A DNA stretch of 64,000 bases from Eledone cirrhosa (lineage: Eukaryota): contig OZ024743.1 of the NCBI GenBank assembly GCA_964016885.1, positions 230,516,001 through 230,580,000 of the forward strand, written 5' to 3'. Positions 36,300 to 49,093 of the stretch are shown piece by piece. Every line of letters begins with the position of its first letter. The stretch's first letter is position 1. The translations under genes and the position numbers were made by a program. The notes below the pieces were generated by a model, which saw only the letters and a list, made by a program, of their open reading frames with translations, had not been told where the DNA came from and made no database searches.

Positions 36300-39270
36300 T
36301 TTCATTTAATATTTTTATATTTTCCTTTTTTATAACTCGTGATAATGCAACATACATCTGACCATATGAGAAGAATTGTGTTGGTAGATATACACCTCTC
36401 TTTTCAAATATGTGCCCTTGTGCCTTGTTGCATGTAAGGGCAAAGGCTGGTTTGTCAGGAAATTGCTAGCGAGTAAAGGTGAAAGGGAACTCAAGCACTT
36501 GAGATACATGTGGTATCCTTAGGATTAGCAACCTTGTTCCAGCATTGGGATCCAATGCCACTTCAGCTTCAATTACATGATTATGTAAGGTGATGATGAT
36601 GTAGCGTGTACCATTGCAATGCCAGTTTAGAGGATCCAGATTTCTCAGAAGCATGATGCAACTGCCTTTCTTCAGTTTAAGTATGTGTGTTTGGGAAGCC
36701 TGATGGGGTAAGTTTGCTGATGAACTCAATTGGATATTGCAGTTCATTATCTACTGTATCAGAGCTCCTGTAGATTATTTCATGACCAGGGAACTTGTTG
36801 ACCATGAACCCATTCACCAATCTTGCTGCATCATTTGTTGGAGTGATAATGGCTCTATTTGCAAGCCATAGTGGGTTTGTGTAGTTTCCTGGAAGATTTG
36901 TATACACAAAATTACACCATATATACATATTACCATGTTCCAGACAAAGTTCATTTAGCAGAAGAATTGTGAATGCACCTATAGTTGGAACAGTTGAAAT
37001 GTTAGCATTTCCCACATCAAGAAGATAGTTTGTTAATTGTCTTTCATCATAATATTCTACATTAATTAACCGTTGATTGGTTGTCATCTCCATAGTTTCC
37101 ACATAGTCCCAGAGATAGGATCTCTTGATGGTTGCCTCAACTATTTGTGGTCTAGCACCATGACGTACAACTGGAAGAATTTGCTTCCAGTCACCAGATA
37201 GTAATAATGTTAGACCACCAAATGGCTTTTTGCAATCTCGAACATTTTTGAAGCTCCTGTCAAGGCATTCAAAGATATGTTTATGACCCATACCTATCTC
37301 ATCAATGATTAGTAGATCAGCTTACTACATAAGTTTACCTGTGTCATCCCTCTTTGTGAAGAAGCAAGTTGATTCAGCAGTCACATTGAGAGGAACTTGC
37401 ACTTGGAATGAAGAGTTCTACCTTTGTGAAGCAAAGTGGCTGCTATTCCAGATATGGCAGTGGCAAGTGCAACTTTTTTTTTAGATCGGAGGTAATCCAA
37501 TAGGATGTTTATGATATAGTTCTTTCCTGTACCTGCACTTGCATTCAAGCAGAACATTCTGCCTTCATTTTCATTTAGAGAGGTGATTACTTTGTGAAAA
37601 ATAACCAGTTGCTCAGGAATCAATGTTGGCAGAAGTTCATTTGTTTGCTTTCAGTTGGTCTGCATTGAAATCAGTTTCTGCCATAAGAACCCTGTTGATT
37701 TCTGGTATGGCAACAATAGTTGGGTCTGGCCGAGGAAGTCCATAGTTGGCATGAATGTCCAAGACATCATGTTGAAGTCTTTGTTGGATCTTCTGTAGAA
37801 CAATCTGCACGGTCTGCATGGACATGACGTTCATGCATGATATCCTCTGTAAGACAATTTTTCCATTTCTCCCAGAACTGTAGAGGGTCATTTGGCATGC
37901 TGTACAATAAAATGGTACAGAAGATCTCTCGCAGCTGAGGAGCAAGAGTAATGGATGAGACCTCTTCCATAACTTTGTCTTTTTCTCTATCTTCATCTAA
38001 CAGACCAAGTTTCTTGCATACATCTTGGAATTTTGGAAATTCAACTCCTTCAATTGTCCTCAAATCTTTGTATGAAGTTGACCTAGACTTGTGATGTAGG
38101 ATCATCTGGAGGTAATATAATTCAGATTGATTTTCTACTTAGAGATACTGTTGGAATGCGTCCAAGAGATTCACTCATAAATTGTTGATCACCATCCATG
38201 TGTCCCTTTTTTCTTCTTTGCCACGTTTTGTTTGTCCAAGTGGAATATTTAGGAATACCAATATACAATATTTTTTGTGCCAGTAGGTCTCTAATATTCA
38301 GTTGAAAATACTCCGTCAACTTAGTCATTGGCTGTCCCCTAGAAAAAACACTTTCTTCCTGCCCTCTCACATACACGACCATTTGTTCCCCAGGTAAATG
38401 GCAAGGCAACTTTTCAACTGGTGGTTTTTTATGATGTAATGGAAATTTATAGATTCTCCAGAATGCTTCGCTGGCTGAGATGTACCTTGCATTGATATAG
38501 GTCTCAATCTCATGTTGGGCATGGACACAATTTCCTTGATCATCCGTAATGGTGAAAGTGATCTTGTCTGATCTTTTTGTGATGTACTTATATAAGTACT
38601 TAACAGCCTTGGCACTGTGGACAGCCTCACAATTGATGTGGCACTGACATTTCAATGAGAGGAAAGGGTTGTATGGAACAATCCAACGACTATCAACAGT
38701 AAATTCTTGACCTTTAAGTTGGATTGTATGGATTTGACCACATGCTGTCTATCCCTTCTTCTATACTCTGGAAAGGAATTTTCGGCAACAAATGTGGTTT
38801 GTCTGAATGCCTTAGGATAACTTTTTGAGCAATGGCGTTGTTGTCCTAGCCCTTCCATACATGAGCACATCATATTAGCTTGTCCACATGGGCCATGGAT
38901 GTTGCAGAATGTGATGATCTTAAGCAGAACTGGATTGGTCTCTTTATCAGGAATCTCAAGTACACTCCATGATCAATGGCATCAGCAGTTTTGGTGGTGC
39001 TATCTTCAGCCATTATCAGCAGAACATGGGCATGAGTGAGGTCTCGTTTTCTGCCACTCTATTGTAGCAGAATGAGCCACAACTTCTCCTAGGAATATTT
39101 TCTCAGTATGTCATCCATAAGGCTGTCATACTTCATCTTGAAGACTTTTGCACAACTATCAGGACGGTCTCTAGGTTCTTCACCTGGGTGCAAACTATTT
39201 TTTATTTCATCCCAGTTAGGGCTTGTTGTTACCGGGATGAAATAATATGGCTTTCCCATGTGTCAAACCA
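36300..39270 (-). mobile_element. Degenerate Helitron Rep-helicase (HUH Rep plus PIF1-like helicase)
   Basis: PNWDEIK, DRPD..KVF, IEWQK.R.L.HAH, IHGPCG, KYLYKYITK, ARYISASEAFWRI, AGTGK, DEIGM, SGDWKQILPVV, LLRNL..CNGTR, NKAQG, YGQMYVALSRV; many frameshifts. Confidence 0.92.
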
Positions 39271-39629
39271 CAATCATCGAATTCTGAAAGCACTCACTGT
39301 AGAAGCAAGGGGAACCATAGATTGAAGGAGGAAGAATCATTCACGTTAGACTGTGCCCATGTTGGGGTACCACGATTAAAGGATTTTCTTGACTTCAATT
39401 ACAGTACACATATTTTAAAATCTACTACTCATGTTATTGATCTCTTCTATTCTCTTTGAAACTTGTGTGTGTGTCTATGTGTTCATATGTATGATGGTAC
39501 CCTATCGCTTGCGACGAGGATTCTTCCAGCTAGGTTTCTCAAATGGAACTGCCTGAAATTAAGGTGAGAGTGTCTGAGCATTCCATAGACACGTATAACT
39601 GAGGGTTTCAGGCTAGGACTACATTGGTT

Positions 39630-39735
39630 CTTCGACTTACTTTAGTGGAGAGAAGAAAGGTGAAATAAAATGTCATGCTCAAGAGCACAATGCCCTGATG
39701 GGATTCGAACTATCAGCATTACAATCACGAGACAC
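39630..39735 (-). mobile_element. Degenerate second SINE type (tRNA head plus CORE-like segment)
   Basis: Reverse complement gttcgaatcccatcagggcattgtgctcttgagcatgacattttatttcacct: B box followed by a CORE-like ttgtg..cttgagca.gacac. Confidence 0.45.
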
Positions 39736-39924
39736 CAACACACACGCGGACATAAACGCACACACATATACACACATACATATATACAGTAACACGCATA
39801 AGCACACACAGACATAAGCAAACAGATACACACACACACACATATACATATATATATATATACACATAAACACTTATCCACAAACAGATACACACATATA
39901 CACACACATGAACACACAACACAT

Positions 39925-40020
<96 letters not shown>

Positions 40021-40302
40021 GTGTTAGTGAGTCTATGTACTTATGCAATAGTTAAAAGAATATACACTTGTGGATTGTAAATTGGTACTGTAGTAAATTA
40101 TCCTTTCCTTATTTCCACATCTTCACATACATGCAAACAGACACATATACAGATAACCACACTATCGTCTATCTTTCTCTCTACCTACCTATATATTTAC
40201 GTATCGATCTATCGACCTATCTATCAACCTGCCAAACTGCCTGTCTATTTATCCCTCTCTCTCTCTCTATATATATATATATATTCCTATTTTCCTTCGT
40301 AT

Positions 40303-40470
40303 ATTTACTTCTGCGTTTACAGATTGACTATTTTAGTTTCAGAAAATCCCGTTAAGGGTGAAAGCAGCGATTCTTTGCTTAAACTTTACGGTCCTTATAT
40401 ATCTGATATATATTTATCCTTATCGAGACCTCTTTGGATTTTAGTCTTCAAATTTATTATTATTACTATA
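40303..40470. repeat. Second copy of the 70-332 repeat, with an internal deletion
   Basis: cttctgcgtttacagattgac..cccgttaagggtgaaagc..ctctttggattttagtcttcaaatttattattattac. Confidence 0.75.
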
Positions 40471-40712
40471 TCTCTCCATACCACCCCTACACACCCCACA
40501 CCCTTCCACCACCTGTTTTATCCCCCTTTTTATTTCAGTTTATTTTGATCATGCTTTTATATTTAATTTTATTTCATTCCTTGTATTTTGATCATGCTTT
40601 ATTTTTATTTTTATTTTTATTTTTAATTTCATTCACACCGTTTCCTTTCGCTATATGTCTCTCCACCACTCCCCTACACACCCTTTGAACTCTGTTCCCA
40701 CACACTTCTCAC

Positions 40713-40743
40713 CTGAGGAAGGGCTTATGCCCGAAACATCGTT
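40713..40743 (+). ncRNA. Degenerate hammerhead motif in a Penelope-type 3' end
   Basis: CTGAGGA-a-gggc(ttat)gccc-GAAAC-atc-GTT; no stem I pairing seen; followed by AATAAA and (TA)n. Confidence 0.5.
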
Positions 40744-40830
40744 CCCCACCACCACCCCACTCTCCAGAGCGTGAAATTAATAAACATTCGTTGTATTGCC
40801 TCTCTGTTTTGTTCCTGTTCAAATTTGTCC

Positions 40831-40877
<47 letters not shown>

Positions 40878-41323
40878 ATATATATATATAGGTGGATGTA
40901 TATATGCTCACTCCCATATGTCTGCATTTACGTATAATAAGACAAGATCCTGAATTTCATCTAAGATGTAAGACTATATGATGTGAGTATATATGAGTAT
41001 ATGAATATAGGAACTAACACCTGTGTCTTTGTATTTATTTTCATACCATTTCTCTGTGTATGTATGTCTGTGAGTACAATACAATACGTGATAGAGCTCC
41101 AATGAATCCATTGGTAAGAAGTAAAAGTGTATTGATGGTGGCAACATTAATTTATAATCCATTTCTTAGGTGACTAATTCGGAAAAACCAACCTGATTCG
41201 TCATCTGTTGTGTCATTACTTCCTCCATGTGAAACAACGTTATTCACCTGACACATTTGCATCACTCACACGCATATATTCACACACACACACACTCACA
41301 CACACGCGCACAGGCACGCACAC

Positions 41324-41361
<38 letters not shown>

Positions 41362-41419
41362 CTATATGTGTGTGTGTGTATATATATGTATATAAATAAG
41401 TATATATATGTATATATAT

Positions 41420-41482
41420 ATATATATATATAAGTATATCGCCATCCACACAATTTACGTACTAGCATACAAACATACATAT

Positions 41483-41535
<53 letters not shown>

Positions 41536-41540
41536 CATAT

Positions 41541-41589
<49 letters not shown>

Positions 41590-41655
41590 CATATGTATGT
41601 TTCATTGCTAGTACGTAAATTGTGTGGATGGCGATATACTTATATATATATATAC
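41420..41655. repeat. Palindromic element within TA-rich repeats
   Basis: taagtatatcgccatccacacaatttacgtactagca pairs perfectly with tgctagtacgtaaattgtgtggatggcgatatactta. Confidence 0.85.
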
Positions 41656-41685
41656 ATATATATACTTATGCATACACAGAGTCCC

Positions 41686-41727
<42 letters not shown>

Positions 41728-41764
41728 ATATATATGTATATATATTATCTATATATATATGTGG

Positions 41765-41859
<95 letters not shown>

Positions 41860-41883
41860 TATATATATATATATATACGTATG

Positions 41884-41922
<39 letters not shown>

Positions 41923-42221
41923 ATTTGTATGCGCTTGTGTGTTCTCGATTGTAGACGCGAAACAAAACATCAATGACAATATCAAGAGAGAAAAAGTTAT
42001 CTTCATTACAAATTTACATCCATAAGGAAGAACAAAAAGAGAACAACAGCAACGATAAAAAACATACAAAAACGAAAACTCGGCAGCATCTACAAAATAA
42101 TGGCTTCGTATTATTTTGTTTTTGAATCTTTTCCAAACTGATTTCTTTAGAAATAATAAAAAAAGATGATTGTAATAATAATGGTGAAGAAGAGGAGCCA
42201 GTTAATTCTCATGTTTTAAAA

Positions 42222-42320
42222 TTTCTTCTTCTTCTTCTTCTTCTTCTTCTTCTTCTTCTTCTTCTTCTTCTTCTTCTTCTTCTTCTTCTTCTCTCTTAAA
42301 ATAATAATAATAATAATAAC

Positions 42321-42364
<44 letters not shown>

Positions 42365-42365
42365 G
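42222..42365. repeat. (TTC)n followed by (AAT)n
   Basis: Direct observation. Confidence 0.98.
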
Positions 42366-42840
42366 GCCAGAGGCGGTGATGGAGAACAATCAGGTGAAGG
42401 TGCTGTGGGATTTTAGGATACAGACGGACAAAAAACTGGAACACAATAGACCTGACCTGGTGGATGTGGACAAAGAAAAAAGATCGTGCCTGATTGTGGA
42501 TGTGGCCTGCCCGTTCGACACGAGAGTGCAAGAGAAGGAGAGGGAGAAAATTAACCGATACCAGGACCTAAAGTGGGAGGTGAAAAGGATTTGGAACTGC
42601 CATGAAGTCAAAGTGATCCCGATTGTCATAGGCGCACTGGGGACTATCTCCAAAAGTTTCCAGGGATGGTTAAAGAAAATCGGCCCCTTCACGCTTTTTG
42701 GAACGCTTCAAAAGGCATGCTTGCTTGGAACAGCAAGAACCCTCCGATACGTCCTGAATATCTGAGGCTGCAGGTAGTGGCTTGATATTCAATCCAACGG
42801 ACTTTCCAGTTAACCAACATCAATGACTGAGATTCAAGGA
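42366..42840 (+). mobile_element. 5'-truncated R4/Dong-like element (REL endonuclease and 3'UTR)
   Basis: Open frame 42376-42765 ENNQVKVLWDFRIQTD..HNRPDLV..IVDVACPFD..EKINRYQDL..PIVIGALG..LQKACLLGTARTLR; (TAA)n on both sides. Confidence 0.92.
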
Positions 42841-43105
42841 ATAATAATAATAATAATAATAATAATATAAATGATTTATTTATTAACCACAAGGGTTTAC
42901 GTAAAGTAGACATTAAGGACAGTGTAGGACAATACAGGACGGTACAAACGGGCATTTCTGCGTGTAAAGAACAAAAACAGAGGATGTAACAAAAAAATAA
43001 CAATGAAAAATTCCCCAATAGGGGGGAGACTTCGGAGGGACATTTGTGGAGGAAGCGATCCTGACCCCCAAGGCAAGTGCCCTCTCCCAGTTTTCCACCT
43101 TTAAT

Positions 43106-46100
43106 TTAGAGATAAGTACTCAGAGTAGGCCCATTCACTCGGGGCATGCTTGCTTCTCTCACCCATCTTTCAACAAAATGCTGGGAAGAGAGCACATCCC
43201 TCTCTACTCAGGGCATCACCGAAGAGGTAAGTGCTCGTCTTCAGCCCTTTCAAACGTGTCCACCATACTATCTCTTTCGCCATGCCCACCAGACAGATAA
43301 AAACTGCCTGCCCTTCCCGGCTAAAGGAATAAGGCGGGGCAATCCTCACGATGGACTCAGATGATAGCCGGATCCGTCCTACACGCGACAGCAGGTGTTC
43401 GACATAAACCCACAAGTCAGCAATTTTCGGACACTGGACGAGTGCGTGCAGGACGGTTTCGTCGCCCTGCGCGCATCTCGGACATGCCCGGCTGACGGCA
43501 CCTCCATGCCTGTAGAGTTTATCCCGAACTGGCAAGGCTCCTCGGTAGCACTGCCAGGCCAGAGATTTCTGCGGTCCCGGCCCGAAAGTTCTTCCGAAGA
43601 GATTGGCTAGTTGATTTTCGTCGACGCCTAGAGTTTCCCCAAGTACGTCGTCGCTCTTCCCCTCCACTAATCCTCTATAGAACGCCGAGGTAGAGTTTCC
43701 ACCGATCACATTGCCCGATTGGTCGAGGGCTGTGAGCGCCTGAAGACATTCCAGTCTCCAGGCGCTCCCTCTCGGTCTTCGCTTGACCCAGGACTGCAGC
43801 TTCGTCAAGGAAACGAGCTGGGGAAATACGTGTCTAGCAAACGCCAACCACACCTGATCACCGTCGAGGAAGAGGTGGAAATGTCGTAGCCTGAGCGCGT
43901 GTCTGCGCATCATCAGCCACGGCATTCCCAGCCCTCCACGTAGCGGGTGTTGACAGCAGATAGACCTCCTGACCATCGGAGCGCGTCCCTTCCACAAAAA
44001 GCGAAAGAGCAAACGCTCCAGCGCAGTCAGGCGGGGCTTAGGACAAGGTACGACGGTCAGGCGGTAGCAGATGACAGACGCAATGTACGCGTTAACCACC
44101 TCTGCTCGACTTTTTAGGGATAGCTTCCACTCCGCCCATTTCTGGGTGAGAGAAGCCACTCTGCTCGTCACCTCGTCCCAGTTTTTGTCCGTCTGGAGGT
44201 CCGGACCGACCAGACCCCTAGCAATTTAACCGGTCCGTCCGTCCAGCGTCCGACGATGCTGTTGGACGGCATGGACCTGCCTCTCCAGGTGCCGAACTGC
44301 AGGCTCACTGACTTTTCCTGGTTGACCATTGCTCCTGTCACCGCTCCGTATTCGCTTAATGAAGTGCCGTTCGCCTCGATGTGTTTGGCGTTCGACACCA
44401 CTACGGTGGCATCGTCCGCATATGCTGACACGCATCTTTCGCATCCTAGTTCGCGCGGGACGCCCCCCAGCGTCTCCAGTTTGTGCAGTAATGGCTCGAG
44501 AGTCAATACGTACAAGAGGGACGAGAAGGAACATCCTTGGCGGACCGAGCGCATGATGTTGAACGGTTCAGACAGGTGACCGTTCACTCTCACCACAGAG
44601 CAGATGTCGCTGTGCATGGAGGCAATCCAGCCTCTGAAGACGGGCCCAAAGCCAGCCGCCCTCAGGTCTGCCGCTAGGTAACGATGGTCGACCCTATCGA
44701 AAGCTTTCGACTGATCTAAATTGATCAAGGACCCACCCGTCGCAGGTTCCCTAGCTACCCTCTCTACGATGTATCGCATGAGGTGGAGGTTGTCGTGGAG
44801 GGATCTGTCGGGAATGGCGCATGTCTGCGCCTCTCCCACCAGACCACCAACGACAAGCGCCAACATCTCTGCTAGCACCTTGGCCAAAATCTTGAACTCT
44901 GTGTTTAGCAGCGTTATGGGGCGGAAATTATCTATGTTATCCCCCTTGTTCGGATCCTTTCTCAGCAGTGCCACCGCTCCTCGGCTCACAGAACTGGGAA
45001 TTCTCCCGTTCTGTTGCCAGTTGCAGTAGACGTCCGCCAAGAGGCCTCCGAACAAGTCTGGCATCTGTACGTAAAGTTCATAGGGCATACCATCCAAACC
45101 AGGCGATTTACCCCTTGTGCAGCCAGTCATTGCCTCTCTTACTTCAGCGGCTGTTATCAGCTTTTCGCAACACTTCGCCTCAGTGGCCGAGAGCCGCGGC
45201 AGTCCGTCGATGTAGACACTAATGTCCATCCCTCGACCCGGCCCACCGCTGCCCCCGAACAGCTGAGCGAAGTGTCGCTGAAAAGATTCACACATTTGCC
45301 CAGGATCGAGTAGCATGCGCCCGTCGTGGTCCACCAAAGACCGGATCGTGGCTTTGTGCCACGACGCGCCTCCCCCACTCGGGCCCATTGAACGGCTTTC
45401 GTCCCCTCGTGTCTGAGAGCACGCACCCTTGCTCTGACAACGCAGCCTTCGTGCTTTGCATTGAAGAATTGGTCAAGGGCCAATTTCGCCGCAAGCACGT
45501 CGGTCGAAATGCCTTTGCTAAGCGCCTCGTCTAATTTTCTAACTAGTTCTCCCTCTGCTCTATTTTTCTCTATTGCTAAAGCCTTACTAAACCTAATCGA
45601 TTCTATTCTAATCGCTCTTTTCAGAGCAAACCACCACTTGTTGTTGACGATGCCCCCCAACAACGCCCGCTTAACTAGTTCGCTAATCCGGTCCCTGTAG
45701 GCCTTGCGCGCTGGTAAGGACGCGTTTAGCTTCCAGTAGCCGGGTCCTCGTCTATGAAGCCTATCTAAGTCAAGCACACAGATCACAAATTTGTGGTCCG
45801 TGTAGCTGACTATCTTGAATTGTGGACAGCCTATGCTAGACCTAGCTATTTCCCTACAAAATACTCTATCTAGATATGATCTGGATGACCCTATGCGATT
45901 TGTCCAAGACCACATTGGCACATTCGGGAAATCCAATCGGTACCTGTCAGACATTTCAAAATGCTTGAGCAGGTTGGTGAAGCTTTTACACGCTCCACCC
46001 CTATCCTCTAATCCCACACGGTCCCAGCGTGCATCTAAGATCCCGTTCCAGTCGCCCACTAACACTAAAGAGCGGGACGTTCCAAGAAAGGTCTCCAGAC

Positions 46101-46473
46101 GCCGGAAGAAATCAGGCCGCCCTGCTCCTGTCGGGGCATAGACGGCCACTAGCCTGAAAGCTTGCCCGTCTACGCTGGTCACCTCCAGCACCACCAACTT
46201 ACCCTCTGGGTCCAGGAAGATGGCCCGTATGGCGAGATCCAAACCTCTCCGAAAAAGAACAGCAACTCCTCACCCCGATCCAGGATGGCTGTGAGATGCG
46301 TACACATCCTAGCCGCCGAAGATCGGTGCGAAGGCCCGTGCTTCGGAGATTCTGGTCTCGCTGATGGCCACTACATCTATGTTTAGTGATCTGAGGTCGT
46401 TGAGCAGGTGACCCTGCTTCCATGACGACCCCAAGCCACGCGCATTTATGCTGCCTATTCTGAATGAGGTCAT
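43106..46473 (-). pseudogene. ORF2 of copy 5 (APE-RT-CCHC), few frameshifts
   Basis: ATG at 46473; LVGDWN, SYLDRV, YTDH, KSPGLDG, FRPITLLN, DQSKAFDRVDH, VRQGC, SAYADD, CPRC..ETVLHALVQC. Confidence 0.95.
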
Positions 46474-46508
46474 GTTTAAAATAGAGTGGATAAGATGGGA
46501 AAGACCAC

Positions 46509-48615
46509 TTACCGTACTTTTCGTAGAGGAGGGATGGTTTTTCCATCCCTTTTCACTTGATCGTCTGGTGAAGGGACCGTTGAATCGTCCCTTCGGCTGG
46601 TCGTCGGCTCTTCTATGAGTATGTCCGAATATACACTCTTCGGGTGATAGTTCCTCCTAGGTCTCTGAAATTACCAACTGCTTTTGGGAATTTCGTTTTA
46701 ATGTTTGTGTATTGTTTCTGTGCTATTTTTAGCAGTCTTATGTTAGTTGGCGTTTTGATTGGTGCTGGTATTATGTAGTCGTGTTGTGAAATGTCTGTGT
46801 GTTCAATTATATAAGTCATTAGTTTCTTGTTGTGTGTATTTATTGCCGTGCATTTGTTTTTCTGGGGTGGGTTGTGGTTCTGCTATTTTCTTGTCGTTGT
46901 TGCCGGGTGTGTGTGTTTTCTTGTTGTGTTTGCGATGTTGGTGCTTGTGGTGGTGGTGTTGAAGGTGTTGTTGGCGGTGGGGTTGTCGCCGGTGGTGATG
47001 GTAGTGCTAGTGTGGGTGGTGATGGTGTTGGTGGTGTTGCTGCTGTGAGTCACTTTGCAGTAGACTTTACCCTTTTTTATTTCTTTCCTCCCTTTTCAAA
47101 GGCAACGATGCGCTGCTTCTGCGTTTGTGCCTTCTTACGACATTTTGCCATCCCTCTCACACCTCACACTCCATGTCTGATTCTGTGAGGTCGGGGAGGG
47201 ATACCAGATCCACTCTTTCACTTGTTGTTGTTGGTGATGTTTGCACTGGAGTCTCTGTTGCAGCTGCATTTCGTATTGCCGTTGTCGTTGTTAATACTTC
47301 CACTGCTGCTGCTGTTTTTGATTTCCGTGGCGTGGGTATGGGTGCCACGGACCTTTCGTTCCTGGTTGCCGCTTGTCTTGTTGCTGGTAGCTGTGGAGCC
47401 GGTTTCGGAAGGAGGGGGGTTTTCTCCTTTCTCAGGGTCTTCTCGTTGCAGAAGGCCCTGAGGTGAGTCTTCGATCCACAGCGAAAGCATTTCGGGCGTT
47501 TGCCCTCAACAATTATGGGCAGTTGAGTGCCGTTACCGAAGTCTATCACATCCGGGATAGCTTCGATGCACTCCTGGTTGGTTTGGATTAACATCTCAAT
47601 GGAGGTGCCGACCCAATCTTCTCTTACTTCTTTATGTACTTGCAGTACAGTTGTTTCGTCCTCGATTCCGACGAGGACAGACGCGGCTAGCCAAGAAGGG
47701 ACCATCCGGGGGGTGGGGGGCGGGGGTCAGTTTGACCCTCACAATTTTTTGCCCGCAGTAGGAGGGCACCAACACCATTTCCTCGCTCCTTAGGGTCACT
47801 ACGGATTGAGCGTTTGCCTCCTGGGGTGTGGCAAAAATTACGTCTACGGTGGCATATTTCTTGCCTCGGGTGATGTGCGTTTTCCGCTGCCACACAGACC
47901 CCAAGGCTTTTTGTATTTGAGACTCTGTGGCTCTTTCAACCCTACGGGATTGTGTACTTACTGTACGGTACGTGACCGTACAGTGCTGTTGGGTTTCGAA
48001 AAATGTTTCCGCTGCCTTGCAGATTGCTCGGTATCCAGTTTTTGTCACCATCTTCTTCGCTTCCTCTAATTCCTCATTTGTTATGAGGATTGTTTCCAGG
48101 TTCTTCGCGATACCTGCAAACGAGATTGGTTTTTCTTTGCTGCTGTTGTTGTTGTTGTTGTCGTCAGAGCTGCTGTTACTTTTGTTGCTGCTGCAGGTAC
48201 TACGACTACTGCCGCCGCCGCTGTTGCTGTGGTTGTTGTTGTTGCTGCTGCTAATGCTGTTGTTGTTTATGCTGCTGGTGATGCTGTTGCGGCTGCTACT
48301 GTTGTTTTCATTGTCACTGTTGATGTTGTTATTACGGCTGCTATTGCTATTATTCCTGACGTCAGACGAATGAAATGGGTTTTCGTATTTCCCGCACACC
48401 TGTTTCGTCGTTGTCGTCGTCGTCGTGGAGAAATCTTGCACGCTTTGCACGAGACTTTTCTTTTCTGTCGTCGCTTGCGAAAGAGAAGTGAGGGAGAGAG
48501 ACACATTTAAAGAAGGGAGGGAGAGAGACAATCTTCACTCTGCTGTAGTGACGATTGAGGAAGAAGAAGACGGAATGAGTGGGAGTGACCTATGAACATT
48601 CTTTTTCGTAGCCCT
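46509..48615 (-). pseudogene. ORF1 of copy 5
   Basis: ORFs 47632-48531 and 47157-47705; SFAGIAK motif, RRM-like core, CX2CX4HX4C; start codon appears mutated to AGG. Confidence 0.88.
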
Positions 48616-49093
48616 GTTATTTTTTTTGTTTAAAATACATGTTGGGAACAAAGCCCCAATAAGCAGTTATTTAACCCCGAAGGGCCAAACAACGGACAGA
48701 AATACCCCTCTCACGAGGAGGAGGGTGTTTTTGTCTACAAGTTGGTTAAAGTTTTAAACAATTTACAATTGTTATAGCGGTCAAAATTTACAATACCTTA
48801 CAGAGCCGAGCCTCCGTCAACCATAGCATTCAATATTGATTACTTTATTAACCACAAGGGTTTACATAAAGTATACATTAAGGACAGTGCAGGACAATAC
48901 AGGACGGTATAAATGGGCATTTCTGCGTGTAAAAAAACAAAAAAAAAACAGAGGGTGTAACAAAAAATAACAATGACAAATTCCCCAATAGGGGGGAGAC
49001 TTCGGAGGGACATTTGTGGAGAAAGCCCAGTAAAAAGCCACAATGACCCTGACCACCAAGGCAAGTGCCCTCTCCCAGTTTTCCACCTTTAAT

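Larger units (their letters stand above)
42873..48831 (-). mobile_element. Tx1-group LINE copy 5, full length, best preserved
   Basis: Long ORF2 segments of 361, 406 and 333 aa; ORF1 knuckle CFRCGSKTHLRAFC; ends cccttgtggttAATAAAtaaatc(att)n. Confidence 0.96.

Noticed and set aside
36466-38655. Host PIF1 helicase gene
   Set aside because: It is intronless, frameshifted and fused to HUH Rep motifs, so it is a Helitron relic.
41208-42069. Many ORFs with [10 protein letters not shown], poly-L, poly-I or poly-K runs here and elsewhere
   Set aside because: They are translations of (TA)n, (CA)n, (ATT)n and (GAA)n microsatellites with no domain content.
43046-47793. Antisense ORFs overlapping the Tx1 copies (ORF0-like)
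   Set aside because: They are short, not kept open across copies, and expected opposite GC-rich coding sequence.
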